From the NCBI GenBank assembly GCA_002633005.1, contig NMRA01000339.1, positions 82,685 through 146,684 on the forward strand: a DNA stretch of 64,000 bases, read 5' to 3'. The notes beneath the pieces were generated by a model, which was given only the letters and a program-made list of their open reading frames with translations, was not told the origin of the DNA and made no database searches. The position numbers and the translations under genes were made by a program. This DNA comes from Phoronis australis (lineage: Eukaryota; Animalia; Phoronida). Each line of letters begins with the position of its first letter. The stretch's first letter is position 1. Below are positions 51,301 to 60,300 of this stretch, piece by piece.

Positions 51301-54300
51301 AGATTGAGGGAGGTGTGTTACCTGAATTCTGGGAGTAGGTGAGGATGTGGTTGCACACCATCAAATATTGTCCATGTAAAAGGAAAATCGGAAAACGATG
51401 CCAGGAGATACCGGAAAATTTGTTTGAATTCTCGCACCTCACTTGTCAAAATGTTTGCGTCAGCCCTCCTACGGTTTCCCTCAAAATGGCGCCATTTAAC
51501 ATGGTAAACAACTTCGCACGAAATCTTTTCTACAGTTACATGTACCTTAAAACTTCTTCCATTTGCGCTTCTCTTAATCTGGGTTCCTTCAAGGACTCCT
51601 CCATTGGACTTAACTTTGACTTTCGGATAACTGCGTCCTACGCGCCCATGGCAAAGGTCAACCTCTACAACGTCGTTACCTTCACGGGCTGCAACTCCGC
51701 AATTGCACGCTACCCTGTTCGCACAAATCCACGTTCGGACATGGACCTAGTAGTAGTAATCAAAACTACTGGACGGTAAGTACACTTATGTAATGTCAAT
51801 CGGTCTGTGGATTTAGCAATGACAGAAATTACATTAAGTCAATAACATTTAAATCGGCCATGCATGTACATGTATATGCAAACCCATCTCAACAACCAAC
51901 CTTTGATACACACTGTTAATTATTTACTGTAATGAAATTAATTTTCGAATAAACAGGCAAGTCGTTTTTGATTCATTATTGTTAGATATCAGGCACTACA
52001 GTTTGACGTGTCACTGTCATTTTATGCATCGAACATGGTCTCAAGTCAGATTACGAATTGTAAATTCAAACCCCGAAGTCACTCCTCACCTGAACAAGGA
52101 GACCAACTGTACGCATAATTGGCCTAAATCAAAAGTACGCTTCTCGACCAGAACGCGTATTTACAGTCGTTGTATGAAAGGAAAACAAAAACGAAAAGTT
52201 GAGACATTTTCATGGATATACAATGTGCATTGAACTGATCGTGCGAATACAATACTGTGCGGTAATATTTACCTCGAACGGTCGTTTTTTGCTTAAATAG
52301 TACACGTACTCTCCAGGCCTGTACAGGTGATATGAGCTAAAATAACAACAAAAACATGATGGAAATGACATCTAGTCAGCCTTCACAGTGCGACCTGAAC
52401 AACAGCAACACCATTTGTACCATGGCTAAAACCTCATCTCAGAAACCTCATCACAGAAAGAGACAGATGCTGAAAGCTTTACTCAATCGGTGCGCTTCTT
52501 CTATTTCAAAACACAGTGTAATTTATTCTGATTTTGAAATAAATGCCCCCCAACCGCGGTATACGTGTGACATATAAACACCACTTAAAAGTGTGATTAT
52601 GGATATCTTGACGTTTTGAATTATCAAAACACGTTTGGAATATTGGACATTTGGTGTCAAAGAAAATTGATTTATTGACAGGATAGGAAATGAAATTTTG
52701 ACAACGAAAATCTTCGGTAAAAAAGTGTGTTTTTAAATTTCATTTGACCAAAAAGACATCAATAGTGTCATTTGCATATCACCGCACGCGCATACGTAAC
52801 ACTCCACATACACATTATTTTGGTCTTTTTTGAGTCTCAAGCCCTAAAATTCAGCGTATTTCCAGTTTGTTGGTAATTATATTTTCCATCTTACAACAGT
52901 CAAATTCGTTTTTAAAAACTAGAAAACGAGGAAGTTCTCATTTCAGTTTTATGTAGTCCTTTTTTGAAAATCAGTGCCAAGTTTCTCATGAGAGGAGAGA
53001 CCCGACTTATGCTCACTTCAGTCGAGCCGTTCAGACTTGGCGGGCGTCAGCACTTCAGATTTTGAGCCCGATGTCTCGTCTCAGTGTTGTTGATGGTTGA
53101 TGCTAGCAGCGTGAGGAAGGAGAACAACACAATGACATAAGATATAAACATCAATGCAATATATTCTAACCTTTTACGATCAAAACCTCTCAAATGAGGA
53201 TCACCGGAAGAAGTGCACGTCTGCGTACCGATGTCTTTAGTGATAACAGTAGTAGGGGTCAGGGCGTAATTATGCCAGATGTTCGGGCTGAAGCTGAAGA
53301 GGGGCCTAAACTTCAGGGCTAACCGCTTGCTCCTGTCCCGAAGGAAATCTCTCACGGCCATGACTTCGAAGGTAATCTCTGCTCGTTTCTTCACGGGGTC
53401 CCAATCCTTTGTCGAAATAGTCTTCGTACACGACTCGGCAGCAACAAGTTCATCTGTCAAAAAAACAAACGATAAAGCATAGGATATGAACAGCTCTCTC
53501 TCTCTCCTGTGGCTTTCCAACATGTGGTCGGCACTGGATGATGCGTCCATCAAGCTTTCTATTTGCTGTGGCGACTTGTTACAAATGAGTTGTTTTTTTC
53601 ATGCGATTAGAAAATACGATATACAGTATAAAGCCTTCAAGTCCTGTACGAAAATAATAACGCAGTTTCAAGTAAATGTAAGCTCAGAAAGGCACTCGTT
53701 TGGAAAGAGAACGAACTCTAGAGTTAAAGCTGCATTCCGCTCTGACACAAAATCAAACTAAGCCCCCTCCTGTCATATCAGTCTCTAGTAGTGTTTACCG
53801 TTTTACCAACAAGAACACCGGAACCATCCGCAATTTCAACCGTTCAAGAAAATTAATTATTGGGGTTAGCCAATAAAGTGAATACCAATGCTCTGGTGAT
53901 CGATGTCCAGTTCAAAGTCAACTCCGCAGGTAAATCGGTGGTTGCACAGGATGGGAATTGTTGAACTCAAAGTCACGTTGACCGTGCGGTCATTTTCGCT
54001 GACTTCCAGCATGTTCGGAGAAACCTGGAAAGTGCCACAAAACGCCTTTGGAATTGATCGGTGAACGCAAGAAAGCCTCCGCTTGAATTTTTGCGCTCTT
54101 GCAGTTATAACGGTGTTGTCTGTTACGCAGGGAAAGAATTTCACTGATAATTGTTAGTACTATATATATATATTCCACAGGGGGCACTGGGTTACCTGGG
54201 AGCAGCTGCGTATTTGTCGAAGTAAACTTATGCGAAATACATGTATTAGATACACAGATACACTTTCGTGAACAGACACAGGCTTTCGGCAAAATAATAC

Positions 54301-57300
54301 GAAATACAAGCACTGTTTTTCCCACGCAGTTCTGTAGCTTCTAAGTAAACTAGATACTGACTCCAATTGGCTATTGTAACGCCTTCTACTGCATGTCGGG
54401 CAACACTTTTTCGCGTAATGGCGATTTCTCATTAGCTTACACGTTCATTCAAAACATTGATTTTTTATCAATTTGAGTTCGGCGCTGCCATGTACAAGCG
54501 TGTAGAACGAATTTCTCGCGTAAACTATAGTTTCGAATAAATTAAACGGTTTAATGGGCGACCAGGTAAAACTACATGTATGAGGCTCTGTGGAGAATCA
54601 CTGGCTTCTTGGCAGTAGCCGCTATCTCATTTTATTCAAAACAAGTCTTTAATATTCGAGTTTACACACTTCAAAAATTCACAAACCTATAATGCACTCT
54701 ATGCTTGGCTAGTTTTCGTATGGAGTTGTCAGGTGTAACTCAAATCATGGTATATGTCAGCTTAGAATGTAAACCTTAAGTGAAGCAAAGGTTTATAAAT
54801 TTTCAAACATGAACAGTGTCAGACAGAAACCGTCGTTTTTTGATACATAAAAACATTGTGTATTAATAATCATCACAAACAAGCCCCTTGTTTCATCCTT
54901 AAACAGGTTGAAGGAAGTCGGAATTCCATGCTTGTATTCTAAGTTCACATCTCAACAAACAAACAAAATAAGTCAATCTCACAAAATATATTGCCAGTCT
55001 CGGAACATGACTTACTTGATCTGGCACGGTTATTGTTGTACATATAAAATTTTCGGAATAGCGTGTAGTTTTGTCAAATCGTACAGCCTTTCGCATATGT
55101 GTCAAGCAGGGCCAACTTCACAGGGTGATAAAGTGATGAAAACACTCTGTCGAAGTGTAAATTTATTCATTTAGAATTCAAGGTAAGAGTGATATGATTG
55201 GCGAATAAGTGTCTCGTGTTTTCTAAACACAAGAGATGATCCAAGTATCAGACAATCAAATGTTATAAAGAGGGTTACTGTTCATAAAAAGCAAAACAAT
55301 TGCAGATTGATCGTTCAAATATCGCGTGCAGTGAAGTCAGTCGTGAACGGTCACAGTCTAGATAAGAAAATTAATATAATCTTCAATGCACGCATTTTCT
55401 TGGTTTTACACTCGAGAAAATACTTGTAATGGGTTAAAATTCTTTTATAAAAACAAAGTTTGGATTTGGCACTATAATTTCCCCGTTACGGAAATTGACC
55501 AACATTGTATCGAACGAGCCTGTTAGCTTGCATTCACCGCAAAAAGTCTTCGCTTACGTATCAAACAAAAACAGCGAATTAAAACATACCGCCAATTTCC
55601 AAATTCACCAACTGAAATGTTTCAAGGTCAGCCATTTTTCGAGAATAAACTGGTAAGCTACCGAGAATACTCGCGAAACACTGTCAGCTTTCACTCACGT
55701 CATTTTGCAAGATAGGTTTTGCAACATCTTAAAATTCTCGCAAAAGGCGTATTTCACTCAACGCTAGCCAAGGAAGATAGCTCAACGGCAAGCCATCTAG
55801 CGTTAAGACTGGGAACCAGATTATAATTTTCATTTAAAAATCAGCATTCTTTTTTGTTTCAGTTGCATCAATCATACATGTATTTTGAAAACGTTGGAAC
55901 CTTTATTTAGTGCGCGTTCATTCAAACCGTCACATGGCGATGGTTTAGCTTTAAATTGAATATTCACAACAAAAATATCGCCTACTAAACACAACTGGTA
56001 CCTTGCAGAGCACAACAACAACAAAAAAAAAAATAAAAAAAACAAACAATGGGCACTATTAAATAGACGAAATTTGACCAAACACTGTCTTCAGATGTAA
56101 GTGCATGAATATTTCGACTGCGTTAGACGTTACTAACCTCGACTCCGACCCAGAACCCATTGCTTTCCCATGCGGGACTCATTAGCTGCTTCTTGTAGAA
56201 ACCTGACACTTTGCAGCCAAGCTGTAACAGAAAGTGCACATAAAAATTGTAGCTTAGCAAGTTTTATAAAAACAAGAATCTCGAACAAAGTCTTTGACGT
56301 GTCTGTCGTCCATTGTTATGCAAACTCTTGATAAAATGTTGCGGTCGTACTGGGCATGCCCAGGAAAACTATACAAACGAGTGGTTCCGATTAATTGTCC
56401 GAACATCCGGAGTACAAGACAAGATCACTGAAAGTTGCGTCCGCAATATGACAGAAACACTCGAGATATTTACTTCACTCTTCTGAGAGAAAACGTTTCT
56501 ATTGATTAATTGCAAATAAAATCTAGGAAGTCTTGACTGTTAAGTCGACCTTTGCGAACATCATTGTCTGGCTGATTGCACAGCATGCAGAGCTAGTGTT
56601 CCATGCTGTATGTCTAAAGCGAGAGGAATTGGATCCACATACCAATTTGCCCATGTTTCCGGTGAGATACTTCTGATCAAGAATGGCAACTCTTTCTTTG
56701 CCTGTCAAAGTGCTGGCTGGCACGGTCTGAGAGGGCTTATGGTCGAATAGCCAGACTACTTCAAAGTTAGCTTCTTTAGCCGTCGTGTACTGGACCTCAC
56801 ACTTAAAGTTCATCGACTGCTTGTCCTTACCAATGTGTGGCCCCGTGAGTTGCGGGGGTTGGGTCAGTTTAGGATATGCATCTAAAGAAGGAAAACAAGC
56901 AAACGCGTTTGTTCGGCTGGTGTGCCAAATGCTGAGCCGGCGAATTCGGCGGTCTTCAGTGGGGGGCGCCAGAGAGAAATATAATTATGGAATGCCATGA
57001 CCCACGACATGCTCCGTTTTGTTCTGACAGATTTACATCAAAGCAAAACAAGCGATTCGATTAAAGCTGGTTTCGCCAGACAAGACTAAAGCAAAAACCG
57101 AACCACGCCTATTAGTCTAATGGAATTGGTCGCATAGTAATCCTTACCATGATAAGATTTAATTTCCGTTACCAACTTAAGTCACAGGCAATATGTGTAT
57201 GCGCCATTTTCAAATTCGCAATTTTAGGGTTTGACATCCCAAGTCTGAAGCGTTTCCTTGGACCGCAAATCATGATTTCGATGCTCTTATTGGTAATGGG

Positions 57301-60300
57301 AATCGAAATTATAAAATCCCATCACGGTAATGAATACAATGAGGCATGTTTTATGAAAGTAAAAAGTTTAAAACGATTCCACTTTTTTAGCTTGCTAAAC
57401 AGGGCAATATTCAACTTTTTAAAGTCTGCGAGTTAGCAGCCAAATTGCGTAGCCAATATGTATACTGATATGGTTAGTTCCAACAATCCAGTTACCTTTT
57501 GTACAGGGCGGGAAGCCAGATGCAGAATAGGTGCCACTGGGACAAGGAGTGGCGGTTCCTGAAAAAAGACAATGATTAGCTTAAGAGAGGGCATCATAAC
57601 CATTATCCGGACAAATTTAAAGTATTAGGCTTTAAGTGGGATAACATGAAATCAGCGGCAACGCTTTTCAAAGACTTTGACGATGACGATGATGTTGCTG
57701 GTGATGATGACCACGGTGGCGACGCTCGTGATGATGACGACCATGTTGGGGATTACGATGATAATGATGTCTATGCAATTGCTGATTGTGATGACAATGG
57801 TGACACTGGAGATGAAGATGGGGCAGCTGACGATGATGATGACATTGTTTTGTGATGATGATGTTGATGGTAACCATGACTGTGCTGAAGTTAACGACGA
57901 CGTAATAATGAAATAGGCTTGGGGATAATCATGATGACGTCGATGAAGATCACGATGATGATGATGTTTGTGATAATGATAATAGCAATAATGGTGACGA
58001 TGATGTTAGTATGGTTATTACGAAGGAGATGATGACTGGTGTACAGGAAGCACAAGGTCCAACATCACAAATATGACGTCATGATCGATGAGGGAAGTTG
58101 GTTGAGGCAACAGAGATGATGACAGATTTGAGAACATGACATGTAAAATACCTGCGCAATAAGCCATAGCGCAGGCTTTGGTTCGAGTCAAGTAGTAGAC
58201 AAAGAAACTGCCGCAATTTTTCACTTTTATGTCGTGAGACATAGCACAACACTTGTCGCCAGGCTTTATAGACGGCAATGAAACACAAGCCTTGCGGGTC
58301 ACGACGCCATCAGCGACAGCTGGGTGAGCGCCATTCATCCAGATCGGCGCGTGTGTACCGCAGTGAAACAGGTCAATGCACTTGCTTGGCATCATTCCTC
58401 CTGATTTGCTGAAAAAGACGAATTCTTGAAATCAGTTTTATATCCCTAGATACAGCTGGAAATTTCTTTGAAAAAGCTTAATAGACGAATAGGACTAATC
58501 ATTTTAAAACACTGGCGTTCGTATTGGTCTTTGCCTAACATCACCAGTTTTGACACTCTGAAACGAGAACCTTTCTTGAAAGCCTTGTAGGTCAAATTTG
58601 CATATTTTACTCGCGAAATCAATAGAAGTTAAAGTATTTGGCACTTTCTAGTTGATTTATATGCCAAAACGCATTTTTGACGTCTAGCTTAGTAAACACT
58701 CTGGCATGTCGGAGCATGGGCAATAAGTCCTCCACGGTAGGTAATCTATAATGTTCGCGCATTAATGCCTCGTTGAGTGGCTGAGGGTCTATGCAAAGTC
58801 GAAGCTTGCCGTTCGGCTTCAGGACAACAGTCATTTGACTCACCCATTCGGTGGGTTGAGTGACTGGGACCAAGACACCCAGGTTAACTAACCGATCGAT
58901 TTCGTATTTGACCGAATTTTTAAGCGTTATCGGGATGTTGCCGGATGGTAAAGCGCGCGGCTTGACGATTTAGATGTACTGTATGTAGTTGGGCCTCCCC
59001 CAAGTGGCCCAGATTGGACTCATCGGCCTCTACTTGTGATAAAAAATTGGTGTCGTTGATTGTGATCAAGTCCATATCAAGAACAGTTTTCAAACTCAAC
59101 AAACACTGCATGTCATCGGGCACCACAACAAAGACAACGGTATACGGTTGGCTGGTGAATATGTTAATGACGGGATAGTGTCGCTTCGCCCAGGGGTGTA
59201 ACGCATTCTCCACTGCATGAAAACGGTATTTTTTTGACGTCGGACGAATGTCCTTAGCTTTAACAAAACGTTTACTGATGGTGTTGACGTCCGCACCAGT
59301 ATCAACCAGGAAACGTATCTGGCTTCCGTTGACCGAAAATTTAGCTGTAATGCCGTTTTTCTTTGCGTGGGCGGAGACTGGTTGTAAATAGGTACCGTAA
59401 GTGTCGGTCGTCTGACGTTTCGTCAACTTGTCTCACGTTGTTAGGGGGGCACTTAGCCTTAAAATGATTCCTTTCGCCGCAGTTTTCGCAGGTTTTTCCC
59501 CAATAAGGCGGGACAGTCAGACCGCCGCAATGGGTATCTGCCGTCGCAAAACATGGATTCGCGAGTTTCGTAGGTCGACCGAGATTTGAAAACGGATTTT
59601 CCACGGGCGGAGCGCGATAAACGTTGGATAGAGGGTACCGGGTTCAATGCTCGCGGTTTCTGCCGCCTTACAGAATTACTATGCACTTTGTTAATGTGAG
59701 TCCCACTTCTCGCAACAAACGTTTTCGAGTGTCCTTATCGTCTATTCCAAGTACTATTCTATCTCGACGACTGGTCGTAGTTGCTTGTTGTCATTAAAGT
59801 ACGAATCGCAGCAAGAAACGATTCAAAACTTTCGCAGGGACCCTGTGAACGCGGGTTGAACATAAATCTTTCATACGTTTCATTAACCTCCCCCACGGCA
59901 AAATTGTCAAATTTGACCAAGATTTCAGCTATAGTGCGGTCTGCACCTTCTGTGTTTAAACTTGAAACCGTTATGCTCTCCTACGGCGTGCAGTAGCAAT
60001 GCCACCTGGTAATCCCTGGGATGCTCGTCCATGAGTTGGGCAATAACGCTATAATTTTGCCACTTTTGCTTAAACAACTTCCAGCTTTCCCTAGAGGCTG
60101 AGCCAGAAAAGTCCGGGGCCGATGGAAGGCACAGGTTTCGGTTTGGGGGGCATGTTGCAAAGTCAGTACGCACCGAAGTGACAGGGACAGAGGCCGGCGA
60201 GAATGAGGTCAGGTCGGTGGGCGTGTAAGATATCGCCAGTAAAAACGGGAAGTACGGCACAACCGGTTCAAAAGGGCACTACGACTGTTCGCTAAACGCT

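Noticed and set aside
51339-51779. 146-aa + strand ORF (also 44594-44797, 50591-50809, 53279-53482)
   Set aside because: Antisense shadows of VWDE-like exons.
57646-57916. Asp-rich (biomineralisation-like) and His-rich ORFs
   Set aside because: Degenerate (GAT)n tract in an intron, open in several frames, with no signal peptide or convincing splice context; exons 3 and 4 join without it.
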